Assembly: GCA_050273025.1 (NCBI GenBank)
Contig: CP158635.1
Location: 30,008,001-30,072,000, forward strand
DNA: 64,000 nt
Reading direction: 5' to 3'
From: Cenococcum geophilum
Taxonomy: Eukaryota
Position 1 is the stretch's first letter; each line of letters opens with the position of its first letter. The notes beneath the pieces were generated by a model. That model worked only from the letters and a program-made list of their open reading frames with translations. It did not search any database and had not been told where the DNA came from. Position numbers and translations under genes: made by a program. Below, one piece after another: positions 12,882 through 24,938 of this stretch.

Positions 12882-15850
12882 TTGGTGCTGCAGCCGCAAG
12901 AAATTGTCATATTCGGTCAGCCTGCCTTGAACGATGGTGTAATAAGCTGGCGTGGCCATAGCGGTGAGCTGAGGCATCAGACCGTGGAAAAGGAGACGGC
13001 TTGGGCTGTTATGCGGGGCCTGAGCAGCAAAGGGCTGAAGGCAGCCAAGGTCGACTCCCTGAACCGTGCATAAGCCAAAAACATCGCTCGTCCCGGAATG
13101 AATGGGAACAAAACACGGAGACGAGCTTGTTCTGTGATGTTTCACCGGCCTCGTGACAAGACGAAGACCATGCTGATCCACTGCCGCCGCGGCGCGATGC
13201 AGGCCGTGCCTCGCCATACACACTGCTATCGTTATGTGGGCATTGGCGGCCCTGCGGTGACATCACAGTCAGCACTTTAGTATCGTCGCGGCGCGTTAGC
13301 AGGGAACACCGATGATAAGTATGAATGATCCAGGGCGATGAGGCTTGCTGCCATGGTACGATGCTGCCATGCTGCCATGCGCCGCGGCCATCGTTCCGCA
13401 ACAAAGCGCGCTGCACGGCGGGCCTGCCTCGAGGTCGTTGCTTGTCAGTCAGGAACAGGCAGGGATCACCACCCTCTCCTGTCTCAGAATGGTACTGAAA
13501 GGCGGACCACCCAGCGCAGCCGGAGCCAGCCATCGCCCGCTCCGGCGTGGCAAAGAGAGCAAACGGGCAACTTTTTGCAGCGTGCGGCGGCCTACCTGGG
13601 CCTGCTTGGGCCTGGTCGGCATGCTCTGGGCGATCGCTTGCTGAGCCCACTTTCCTTGCACAAATCGGGCGTTTGCACGGCGTATTCTGCCGTTCTTCTC
13701 CCGGCGTTCCATTTCGTCTCCCCGGGTGGAAATTGCCGTCGCTCCACCGCCCCTTCTCCTCCATCTACGACACCTAGGGGGAAGTTTAGTCATGCTTGGA
13801 GGGGGCCTCGGTCCTGCATGACTCTGAAAATTCTTCAGGTTTGTGCGGGGGGCCGTCTCTGGGATTGCCTTTGCAGAGCAGATGGGAGGCAGCGGTTCTC
13901 GACCTTGCTGCCTCACTGCCTCGCTCGTATTTTGCCGGCTTGCCATGGTCAAGCTTCGCTAGGCGACCGATTTCGATATCACTGAGCTCCCTGTGGACCT
14001 GCTTAATCGATTCGTCTGACCGGTGTCAACGCGCCAGCCACGCCGGGCAACCCTAGGGGCGAGGGAATCTCAGCAGAGCATGGTGGTTCGCATGGAAGGC
14101 GGTTAGCGGCGACCAGCAGCTGGCCCACCCCCTCGCACGCCCAAAATTCCAGACAACAGGAACTTCCGTGCTTCATCGGGCCAGTCGCAAACCTAGTCGA
14201 TCCTAGGTAGCCGGTTGCAGATACAGTACGCGCGTGCCGCCTGCCCAGAGTCCAACAGAGCGTGCGCACACGTGGGAGCTAGGATCCCCCATCACGCCAC
14301 AGTGCCTTTCGAAACGCACAATTCCACAGCATCTGCCACACCCAACGCGAGAACGGGCAAGCTGCGGTGGAGGTGCGCTCGAGTTGCCCTTTTGATTGCG
14401 CCTAGGCACGACACCGCATCATCCATCGCACATCGTCACTCCCATAATTCTCCCCGGGGATTTTCCGAAACCATGAGTGTCAAGTTTGAGATAGCGGGAT
14501 GTGCAAGTCCTCGCGCGCGCTATAATGTGACACGCTGCTGGTGTACATGTGCCTGTACCTGAACCTGATCTTCAGGGGTTCCAACTACGTCAAAACTCCC
14601 CGAGCAACACCGCGAGGCCGCAAACACTGCTCAGACGCGCAGAGTCAGCAACCTCAACAACACGATAGCCGTTGCCTGTGGTCGCACAATCTGGTTACAA
14701 GGAATGCTTTGCTCTTGTTCTAACTCAGTTCCCGCGGCCACCCGTCGCTGCTGATGCACCCGTGTCTCGTTCCAGCAATTTGGATATGCGGAGACAGAGT
14801 TCGTGCTCGGCGCACTTTCTCAAGCATCAGGTCATCCGATCACCACTGCGTCCCGCGCCTCAGCTGCAAGTCATCATGCTAGCTCACCCTTCGCTGCGCG
14901 CTTTGCAGGTCTCGGAATTTATCAATTGACTCTCATGCCGTGTCTGATGCGTAATCACCCCCTGTCAAGGGTCCTTATTGTCAATACATAGAGTTTGGTC
15001 GTTTCAATGCGCTACAGACCATAGCGAGAATAAAGTTCTAGACTGCTGATGAGATGCTGCAAGAGAAAGGGACATATGCAAGCACGCCACCTTGATAAAT
15101 TAGCAGCCGCATCTTAAAATTATTGGAAATGCCACGTTCCACCTCCCTTGCCAGTGGCTTGCGCGTGCGCTAGGGACTCATACCAAGCCGAGGGACAGCC
15201 ACAATGGGAAAAACCCCCAGCACCCGGCATTTCAATACCGTCGTCATTATTCGGTCTCGGTTGATGGACTTTTAACAGTGCTTCTTGGAGTGTTAAGAAA
15301 CGGCAGCGGACTTTGACGGGCCCGGCCCGGCCATTCACGGCTGTCTGTCCGCATCCAGGTCATCATCATCTGACAAAATAAAAATAAAAAAAAAAGGGCA
15401 GTTTTGTTGAGGAAAGAAGAAAAGAGCCATGTATTATCATGCCATCCTGCAATGTTACCGAAGTACAATTTGCTGTTTGCGGCTGCTTGAGTCTCTCGCT
15501 CGCCAAACGCCGAAGGTTGATTGACGTTGGTTCCTGATCTCCTGTAGCTCCCTACTCTGGCTTTTCATCCGATTCATCAATCATATACCCTAGTCGTTCA
15601 AATATTTCTCACGATAAGCCGCATTATCCACTCACACGAGTTAAACCCTAAAGGGTAGAGAACTGGCCGGCCCCACACAGATCGCCGATTTCGACTGTGC
15701 GGCCACGTGGGACCAAGCACGGCCGGCGATTGTCCAAGCGGGGGTACAGAGGGCTTTGGAACGCCCTAGCCCTGTGGCTATTTTTGCACCTCCAGAGATC
15801 AGCTGTATTAATTCCCGGTTACCCTCTAAAGCGACAAAATACGATAGGTC

Positions 15851-16906
15851 TTACGCATCGTCGCTGTCTCCTTGCTCAGCGGCTGCTTGGGTTGAAACCC
15901 AGTTCTCCAGCATCTGCTGACTCGATATCGGCACCTTGGTCTCCCCAACCGTGGGCCTTGTCCTTTTGCGCTTAACAACCAGGCACAGTATGCGGCCGTA
16001 GATGCTGAAACCATCGTAGGATGTGTTCAGCCCTAGTTTCTTCTCGTCATCCAGCCCCCCACCCTCATCCTCGTCCCCCTCCTCACCCATAGTAGGATCC
16101 GTTTCCCTTTCCTTGCCTCTCCTACTGCGCTTCATTGGTGGACTTTTCTGCATTTGAAAGGAGTCCGCTGAGTCATCCGAATCCCCGACGAATATACCCT
16201 CCTGGCTATTCTGCCGTTTACGCTTACTGCGCCTCAAGCGCTTCTGACTAGTCGTGAACTCCGTAATCTCATCATCCCCGCTCGTTTCTGGAATATCATC
16301 CAGGTTGATAGCGTCTTCTTTATCTTCCTCTCTTATCATTGGAACATCGTCGTCTTCAGGCACCTCGACAGGCTGCTCGCTGGTACCAGTAGTAAGCCAA
16401 CCCGTAAGCTTCCCCGAATTGCTTTGGAGGCGGGGCTTATCCTGGAAGCTCTTATGTTTTGTGAGAAGAGAGTGACGGGAAGAGAGCTCAGTTAGGAAAA
16501 TAGACACATCGAATTCGTCTGTTAAGGAAATATCAGTTTTAGTTAGGGTGATTGTTATCGAAATAAGCTCATTTTTCAGCGCTTAGTTCGGTTGGTATCG
16601 AAGTAGTATGCAAATGCTTCTAGGGCCCAACATCTTCTACGAAGAGCAAAAATAGAACATACCTCCAACAACCACATCCTTGACTCCCTTCTTCTTTCCT
16701 CTACCCCCTGCCCTCCCACTAGCTCTCTCGTTCTCCTCGCGCAGCTTCGGTAATACCAGTGGACGCACAGCCTCAATAACGCGCGGAAGAGCGGGATTAT
16801 CCCGACGCAGAAGCCAACTTTCGGAATCCGATGGCCGCTCGAGGTAGATGCGCACTTCAAGTACGGAGTGTTTGGTTATACGAAGGTAGCGACGTGTAGG
16901 TGCCAT
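15851..16906 (-). CDS. Conserved fungal hypothetical protein (~303 aa, acidic/basic low-complexity C-half, probably nuclear); exons 16906-16663 and 16518-15851
   Basis: MAPTRRYLRITKHSVLEVRIYL... joined through a GTATGT...CTAAC...CAG intron (16662-16519) to DEFDVSIFLT...YDGFSIYGRILCLVVKR. Frame is preserved and the total is 912 nt. Confidence 0.85.
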
Positions 16907-17206
16907 TTTTGAAAGTCCAATGTTGATGGAGCGGTGTTGGAGGCTCCCTGACGACCTTGATGAGCGGACATAGGAGGTACGCCAAGACATAAAATAATAA
17001 TTTCCAGAGCTTGAGCTTGACACCCCGAGGTGAACTCAAAGGAACCACAACAGCTCAATTTCCGCTAACAGCAACGTCGCTCTAACATATTGGGCATCCA
17101 GATACAGTTTAGTCGTCGAGCAAATCACTGAGCTGCGAGTCAAACAAGTCCTCCTTGCTCGCCTTTCGCAGGCGCATTCCTCATCCTCGAAGATCAACCA
17201 CCTAGG
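16907..17206. promoter_or_regulatory. Short (300 bp) divergent intergenic region, probable bidirectional promoter
   Basis: Head-to-head ATGs at 16906 (-) and 17207 (+). Confidence 0.5.
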
Positions 17207-18859
17207 ATGGTACTAGAGCTCCATGTGTTGGGTCCAGCATTCGGACTCCCCTCAATAGACGCCGAATGTATTGCTGCGATTGCATATCTGAATCGCGCTG
17301 TTCCACAAGGGCAATGGGTAGTGGTGGCTGACCACGAAACTTCAAGTCCAAATCGTGCGTGCGTCGACTTCTCAAATCCCCCATTCCCAATCGCACATTA
17401 ATTAATACCAATAAAATATAAAAACGCTTCCGCAAATAGACTAACAATAATCTCCAGAGGAACTCCCTGCCCTCCGTGATGGCTCGACTTGGATAGGTGA
17501 CTTCTACCATATCGTTGACTATCTCCAAACCCTTCCATCCAGACCGTACAGCCTCGACTCCTCGCTGACAACCTCTCAAACTGCCGATAGAATTGCGTGA
17601 GTGCTTTCTTGGGGCTCTTTCAAAGTCCTAGCATCCCTCTCGGCCTTCCACTAATCCACTCCTCTAACAGCTTCTCGGCATTCATCCAAAGCACCGCCCG
17701 ACCCCTCCTCGACCTCTCGCTCTATTCCTCGTTCGAGAATTACTCCACTACTACTGCACCCGCATACACCGCTATCCTTCCCTGGTATACCAACTATACT
17801 ATTCCGCCTGCGCATCGCGAAGCCGCTAAGGCGCGAACTGCACATTTAGGGTTGGGCGGACTGGACGTAGATAACTCAGAGCTCGAAGGCCCCGAAACTG
17901 GTGCTCCAAACCTGAGCAGAGAGTATGAGGCTGCAAAGAAAGCCACCGGCCTACCATCCGAGAGCCGAACAAGTAAGCCTAGCCTTCTGAGTCTAGGACG
18001 GCAGAAGGGCATACAGGGTCTCCTCAGCTCTCCGGTATACGCAGCGAGATTCCGCCTTGATGCACTTGCAAGCGACTTTCTCAGTCCCTTGTCCGATCTC
18101 CTTAGCAAGAAGAATTATCTCCTCACTGAAAAAGCGCCATCGAGTCTAGATTGCCTGGCATTCGGGTATCTAGCGCTAATGTTGTACCCGCCCGTCCCAC
18201 AAACGTGGCTGAAGGAAGCGATTCAAGCACGGTATCCGCGAGTCGTGAAATACATTTGGCGATTACGGGAAGAACTCCTTGGCGGTGATGGGCTAGTTAA
18301 AGCTGCAGATGTGTTATCTCTCAATGCATACCGAGGAAACGATGCGACGCTGGACGGCACACGGCACAAACTGGGCATGCGCCTCCCGTGGCATCCCATT
18401 CCCGCAAAGTCACTTACAGCAATCGCTTCGACTATTGCCCGTGAGGTCTTCAGCGGCATGCCTCTAGTATCTCTCGCTTTCCGTCGCCATACCATCCAAC
18501 CCTCACCATTCTCTACGTCCACTTCTAATACCAAACCAGCTTCGTCCCTGCCATCTTCCTTATTTGTTTCTTCTTTCTTTGCCTTCTCTGCCGCTCTCTT
18601 CTCTACAGTCGCAGGTGTTGCGATCCACCACGCACGTACCCCACGCATAGAAGACATGGTCTTTGAAGCACCCCGTCAACAGCAATGGCAAGGGCTTGGG
18701 CAAGCGGGAGATTTTCTCGGAGTGTTCGCTGAGCAGATCCGGGCAGAGAGGAATTGGAATACAAGGTGGCAGCAAGAACGTAGAGGAGGCGATAGTGGCT
18801 TAGGTGCTGGTGAAGGGATGGCGGTGGCTAGTGAGGTCGAGGTCGAAGCACCAAGGTAA
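17207..18859 (+). CDS. SAM37: Mitochondrial outer-membrane SAM complex subunit Sam37/Tom37 (metaxin-like, GST-like fold), ~491 aa; exons 17207-17354, 17458-17596, 17671-18859
   Basis: N-terminal MVLELHVLGPAFGLPSIDAECIAAIAYL and ELPAL motifs, SSLDCLAFGYLALM GST-C-like segment, C-terminal hydrophobic helix. Both introns are GT-AG with CTAAC/CTAAT branch sites. Confidence 0.85.
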
Positions 18860-19528
18860 TGAGGCCATGTAATCTACGATGTAAAACTAGTAAGACATCG
18901 TTTCTATTCGACGAGTATATGCTTGATCTGACTTGCAGTGTATATGTATTGCTAGAGTAAAATATATTCCACCTCACCCTAAGCTAAATCCTAACTTCAC
19001 GTGTGAAATAGACCACTTATCCTATATATAATCAGAGCTCGTTGGCCTTACTAAAGTAACCCATCGGGATCTCGGATGATGATTATTACCTCGTCGAGTG
19101 ATCAGAGACTTGTATCAATAGTTTAAAGGTGGTTGTATTAATTGCGAGGATTACTAAGAGTAGTGGTAGCTGGTCGAATAAAAATATTAGTAGAGCAATA
19201 GCGGATGAATGCCGTTGCAATACGCAGCTTGCAAACCAACTTTCTTCGAGAGCAGCTTATGTTGTCTTAGCCTTCCCTGCAGCGATGAAGATCAGGGTGC
19301 TCAATGCATGAAAGCACATGGCGATGATGCGCGTTTGCGTTCCCGCGCAACGAAGTTCTTGGCGGGAGTTTCGTCTATACGTCATCAAGCCTTGTCGTCA
19401 CTTGCGACACTCACAAACAAAAACCTCCCCCATCCTCGCCCTGTTCGCGTTCGCATCTTCTACGCCTTTGCCTAGAGAAATAGGGAACTCTTCATTTCTT
19501 CTTTTTACACTCAGGCCCCAATAGCAAG

Positions 19529-20958
19529 ATGCATAGAACGTATTCGATGCGCCAATCGCGCGCCCCAACGGCGTCGCAGATTCAGAATCCCCCTCCTCCG
19601 GTTTCGTCAACGAAAACTGGCAGATTTTTCGGGAAAACCAATATTGGTGAGTTACTCGGTTTATTTAATTGTAAAGGGGTTAGAGCATCAAAGTAGAGCT
19701 TCGTCCGACATATCCGTCGTCAATCCGCACTCTTGACCACTCGATCGGAGTTTGCGACAGAACAACACGAGACATACCGACACCTATTCTCGCATGACTT
19801 TACTCACTTATACATGACTTATTTCATTCATGACTGTTCATACTAACGATGTGTTCGCTGTATAGGCCACACCTTCCGCAGAAGTGCCGCCGGTGCCTTC
19901 GGTCCCGATCTCGCTAAGAAGCTTTCACAATTAGTTAAGATGGAGAAGAACGTCATGCGCAGCATGGAGCTTGTCAGCAGGGAGCGAATGGAAGTTGCTG
20001 TAAGCCCTCCTGTATACCTGGAGTTATGGTCTCCAGCGCTGACGCCTACAAGCAACAACTATCCATTTGGGGCGAAGCATGTGACGATGACGTTTCTGAT
20101 GTTACTGATAAGTTGGGTGTCCTAATTTACGAAATTGGAGAGCTTGAGGATCAATTTGTGGACCGTTACGACCAGTATCGTGTTACGATTAAGAGCATTC
20201 GTAACATTGAAGCTTCGGTTCAGCCCAGTCGCGACAGTACGTCATGTGCAACATCCAAAACCAACATACCTAACACATGAGAATAGGGAAACAGAAGATC
20301 ACCGACCAGATTGCGCAATTGAAGTACAAGGAGCCCAACTCTCCTAAAATTGTCGTCCTTGAGCAGGAGCTTGTTCGCGCCGAAGCCGAGTCGCTTGTTG
20401 CTGAAGCTCAATTGTCCAACATCACTCGCGAGAAGCTCAAGGCTGCGTTCACATACCAATTTGATGCTCTCCGTGAGCACTGCGAGAAGTTGGCTATAAT
20501 TGCTGGATATGGGAAGCATCTTTTGGAGTTGATCGATGATACCCCGGTCACCCCCGGCGAGACAAGGAATGCCTATGACGGTTATGAAGCTAGCAAGGCG
20601 TAGGTTATCTCGAGTTTTCTTCATCTGTTCTTGGCTGACATGTGTTTTTAGTATCATTCAAGACTGCGAGGATGCCCTGACCAACTGGGTTCAACAGAAC
20701 GCTGCCGTCTCCGCTAAGCTATCAACTCGTGCTAGGACCCTATCCCAGCGCCGCCGCAATGCCCGTCGTGAACATGGCGAAGGCATTGATCTCTCACACC
20801 AAGACCAGCCCCTCGACAATAGGGAATCCGGACTATGGATCCCGGCTTCCGAGCATCAGGGTAACGGTTACGAGGATGAGGAGGATGAGGAGGACGCCCC
20901 ATCTACTGTCGCCACTGAGACAAGGGGCCGTGAAGAGGAGAGGCCCGTCGCTGCATAG
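19529..20958 (+). CDS. PIL1: Eisosome BAR-domain protein, Pil1/Lsp1 family (PilB-like), ~351 aa; exons 19529-19646, 19866-19999, 20053-20236, 20287-20599, 20652-20958
   Basis: MHRTYSMRQSRAPTASQIQNPPPP..., LSQLVKMEKNVMRS, DDVSDVTDKLGVLIYEIGELED, LEQELVRAEAESLVAEAQLSNITR, DDTPVTPGETR. Four GT-AG introns keep frame (1056 nt). Confidence 0.93.
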
Positions 20959-22099
20959 AATCTGCAGCGGCTCCGTAATTGAATTGTTGGCATGGCTCAC
21001 ATTGTATACCCCGGAGAAGAGGGAGACGGCAACCTAGTGACGATTGTGAAGAATACGGTTTTCTTTTTGCTCGATGCAACGATTTGCAGTGATGGCTGGT
21101 GTTTTGTGTTACCTGTCTTGAAAATCTGGCCGGCTCTTTCTGATGGTATACCTCTTTCCAGCGTGTAGTATGCAAAATAATGACGGGAGGCCACTCTCAG
21201 TGATCCTGCTTCCACTTCCTCGAAACCTCATTTTAGCAATGTGCTCGATCAACACCCCAAGGAGTATGCAGGCGCACAGCTAGCGTTGCATATGGAATTA
21301 GCCATGAAGCCCATCGGTTCCCTTGCTTGATCACGCGGCTTCCGCTGAAGAACTCGAGACCATGCTCGTCCGAAAAGGGAAATACGCGGACGCTAGTGCA
21401 GCCCTACCGATTGTTTAACAGCAACGGCTTCGAACGTCGCTCGTGTCTGCGCGTCACGGTTAGCAGCATGTCAGTCGCAGGTATCGTCGTCGATCAGGAT
21501 CATGGGTTTTGACATGTCTCAGTGCGAGTCAGTGTAACATGCAAGAACGGGCTCGATGCCTTGAATAGCAGGACAGGCTCGACGGAGGAGATGGGCCGCG
21601 GGGAGAGATGCATCTCCTGCGCGCAGTCTGCGAGGTTCAGCTGCGTTGTTGAGTGTTTCAGGAGCAATGCAGGTGAGGGAATAGATTTGGCGAACGAGCT
21701 GATATTTCTTGTGTTAGGTGTGAACCAGCATCAACGACAGAAGTTGTTCCGGCTTGCAGCTCGTCGGTAGTAGTGCTTCGGCTTCTTCGGCGGAGCTTGA
21801 GTGAACATGCAGAGTTAGTGGCTGCTGAGGAGCAATACACGGTAACATTTCAAATCAATCTCTGCTCCTAGAGAGGCTCCTTTTTCTTTATCAATTTCTG
21901 TCTCCAGCATTGTTAAGGGATATACACTATAGAAGTCACGGGCATCCATTAGCTAGGCAGACAAATGAAAGAACAAAGGACATTGATTTCTACACAATAT
22001 ATAAGGGATAGTTACTAACCACAACAATCCTCAGGTAGTCACCTCGGTCTTCAATCCTCAACGAAGCCCTACGCTTGCCGATTTGACTCTGAGTATAAC

Positions 22100-22296
22100 T
22101 GTTGACCTGGGTCGGATTTCCTTACCCGTCTTACTACCGTATTTGATACCTATTACCTTATGAGTCACCACCCTGTTTCTTACCATCGTATTGCTTACCA
22201 TCTGTTTGTGTTGTCTGCACTACCTTATGTATATAGAGACTTTCTAGAGCCAGCTTCAATCGACAGAGTTCTCATTCCTGATCGTCATGTTCAACA
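22100..22296. mobile_element. Solo LTR (197 bp)
   Basis: TGTTGA...TCAACA termini, TSD ATAAC (22095-22099, 22297-22301). Related to 22587-22740. Confidence 0.85.
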
Positions 22297-22586
22297 ATAA
22301 CTTATGTACCTAACGAAGGTATTAAGTCAGTTTGTGAAAGAGGACCAACTACCTAAATGTGTTCACTCCAAGGTAAATGCACATGAGAGGTCTTATGGTT
22401 TTCTTCGTTGGAGACAGAGAATTGCTTCAAGCTGATTGTCGATAAGAATGCTTAATGTTTGTTGTTGAGGTATACACAACAATAGGGATACTACGCAAAT
22501 TCCCTTCTAGATAAACGTACTTCGAGCCGAAGAATAACGATGCTGATATTACTTATTATCTGAAAATAGCCATCTATATCGATTGC

Positions 22587-22740
22587 TGTCGACCTGAATC
22601 GGACTTACTTATTACCGTCTTACTACTGTCTCAGTTACCTACCCCTTGACTCGGTCTACTACCCCTTCCTCATGTATATATAGAGGCTCTAGAGCCACAT
22701 TCAATAGACAGAGTTCTCATTCTTGATTGTCCGTTCAACA
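22587..22740. mobile_element. Solo LTR (154 bp), same family as 22100-22296
   Basis: TGTCGA...TCAACA termini, TSD ATTGC (22582-22586, 22741-22745). Shares CTAGAGCCA...GACAGAGTTCTCATTC...GTTCAACA with the neighbouring solo LTR. Confidence 0.85.
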
Positions 22741-24938
22741 ATTGCTGCTCGATCTAGCTACCTCGTTTTACCCAATCGCTTTCACAGTATCTCATGGACC
22801 TCTGCATCGTTTATCGCCTTAATTGCCACTATGATCAGTGGTCTATTTAGACCAGCGCGAACACTCAGGCCAATTGGATCCAAAATAGGGGGCTAGCCTA
22901 TACAGGTTACTATCATTCCCATCTAGGTATAGTGCATTAGAGTAGATACAACCTTAGACCCACGCCACGCCGGCCCAAAGGGGCAAATTTTAGTTATTCA
23001 CTTCTTTATTTCACTCTCTTCCCATAGCAACAATCAGAGCGTTATATAGCGACAATATCATAGCGTTTAAGTGAGTTTCAAGGCAGCATTACACTTTCAT
23101 ACCCAGACTTGCTATTAAGCAAGCAAGCCAAGCCGGAAAGCCTTAGCTTGCTGGCTTGAAACTTTTCACACCTAAAGCTGGCTTGCTTGGCTTGATAGGC
23201 CAAACAGTCGGCTTGCTTGGCTTGCTTGAAGGCTTGTTTGATTTTATATAGAAATTTTAGAGTAATATATAAAATTAAGCCGAGCTACTGATTTGGCAAA
23301 AAAGCTCCTCCGCAGCCCTGATCTACAGTTATTGTAATATAAGATTATGTAGAGATAATATAATGAGGAAGTTTGCGTGGCCGAGAGCGTCTATCGCGAG
23401 GCTTGGTATGGTGGTGAGGAAGGCTCTAGTAGGAAGGCTTTGGTAGGGAGGAAAATCCTGCTGGTAACTCTAACGGTTAGCTACTAGTTATATTAATTAC
23501 GGTAGACTTACTACCTTATCTACTAGATTTTTTAAAGCCTATTCTTAAATAGCTGTAATTATACTATAAGGCAGCAATAATATTAGAGTAAAGCTTTAAG
23601 CGACGCGGCTCTAGTAGATTACTAGCTTTACTAAACGTCTATTCGCAGTTGTCGCTTATAGCCGGTATAGTTAATATATTAAGAGCCATCTATGCAAGCT
23701 TTGGCTAAGTCATTTACTTCTACTACCAGTAGAGTATAGGGTCGTTTGCTAGTGGGTAATTATCTAGTAGTAGCGGCAGGGTTTTCTAAGCTTTATATTT
23801 ATCTAATATATTAATAAAGCTTTAAGCTATACGGCTAGTGTTAGCACGAATATAATTATCTCTAGCTAATAATACGTGTGCGCGTTTTAGTGGTAGATAA
23901 GCCGATAGAGTATTTAAGGAAGAACTTAGTCGCTTTATATATTATAGCTAAAGCTTCTTAAAGGATGCGTTACCTTTAATTAACCACTTTGGGTAATCTG
24001 CCTATATATTTTAGTAGAAGAGCTTATACTAAGGATATAGTAGAATAGCTACGTAGTAGATAGGCGTGTTATTAAGCTTCTTAAAATACTTCTATAGCTT
24101 TAGCCAGCCGCGATTAAGGTTAATTATATAGTGGTCCTTAATTATATCCTAATCTAGGTAATTATCTAGAGTTGTGTTAACTACATAATCCTTCTTCTCT
24201 TTAAAAAGCTTAAGCAGTTAATTAAATATAGGAATAACCTTCTAAATTGCTCTATATAGGCCTAACTTGCCTTTAGCTTTAAGTATCTTTATAGCGTCTT
24301 AATTAGTAATAGGATCTTAATATAGTTATTAATAACACCCTAGTTATAATTACTTAAGGCGACTGCTGCTATAATAGGCGGTAGTAAAGAGACCTTTTTT
24401 TGTCTAGTTTGTAGAGGAGCTGCTTCCTTCTTATATTTATTGTAACGGAACCTTGTAGTAAGTACTACAATAGGCTCGTTATTAGGCTAGGTGTATAGGT
24501 AATGTAAATTAAAGTTAACAACGTAATAATAACTGGTAGAGTGGTTGCCTAATAGATTAACTCTAATTATATTCTAAGAATTACTATAAGGAAAGAACTA
24601 TCTAGAGTAGGGACTATTGTCAGATAACTCATATAGAGCTATTCATTGATAAAATGGGTTGATTAATTGATGATCTTGATTGTGTCTTGACCTAGGGCCC
24701 CTGGGCTTAGATGAAGATATTTACAAAGCACGGGCCCCGTGCACGTGACTCGTGCACGTCCTGCGCCACCGAGAATACAGATTATCTGACACACCCCCTT
24801 AGCTTCGAGCTCTTTGAGGTCAAAGCTAACCACCTTCCTGCCAAATTCTGCCAACCAATCAGGATTTTCCATGCCCGGCATGGAAAATCGCTATTGGCTC
24901 GCTTACGGCTAGCGCCTTGGTGACCCTTCTCGTGCTCG

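Noticed and set aside
12677..12910. Stop-codon readthrough from the upstream in-frame ORF into the micropeptide
   Set aside because: TGA-CAG is not the known fungal TGA-CTA readthrough context, and that ORF's ATG lies upstream of the candidate TATA box.
13009..14562. Several 100-250 aa overlapping ORFs on both strands
   Set aside because: Arg/Ala/Cys-rich composition typical of GC-rich non-coding DNA, mutually overlapping, with no recognisable domain or splice structure.
21300..21910. Possible minus-strand pseudogene fragment (MLETEIDKEKG..., SAEEAEALLPT...)
   Set aside because: Frames are broken by stops and I recognise no family, so the support is insufficient.
8847..23104. Composite transposon or Starship carrying the gene island
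   Set aside because: The two hAT ends are dissimilar and each belongs to its own transposase relic outside the island. No tyrosine-recombinase captain was seen, and the cargo is ordinary housekeeping genes.
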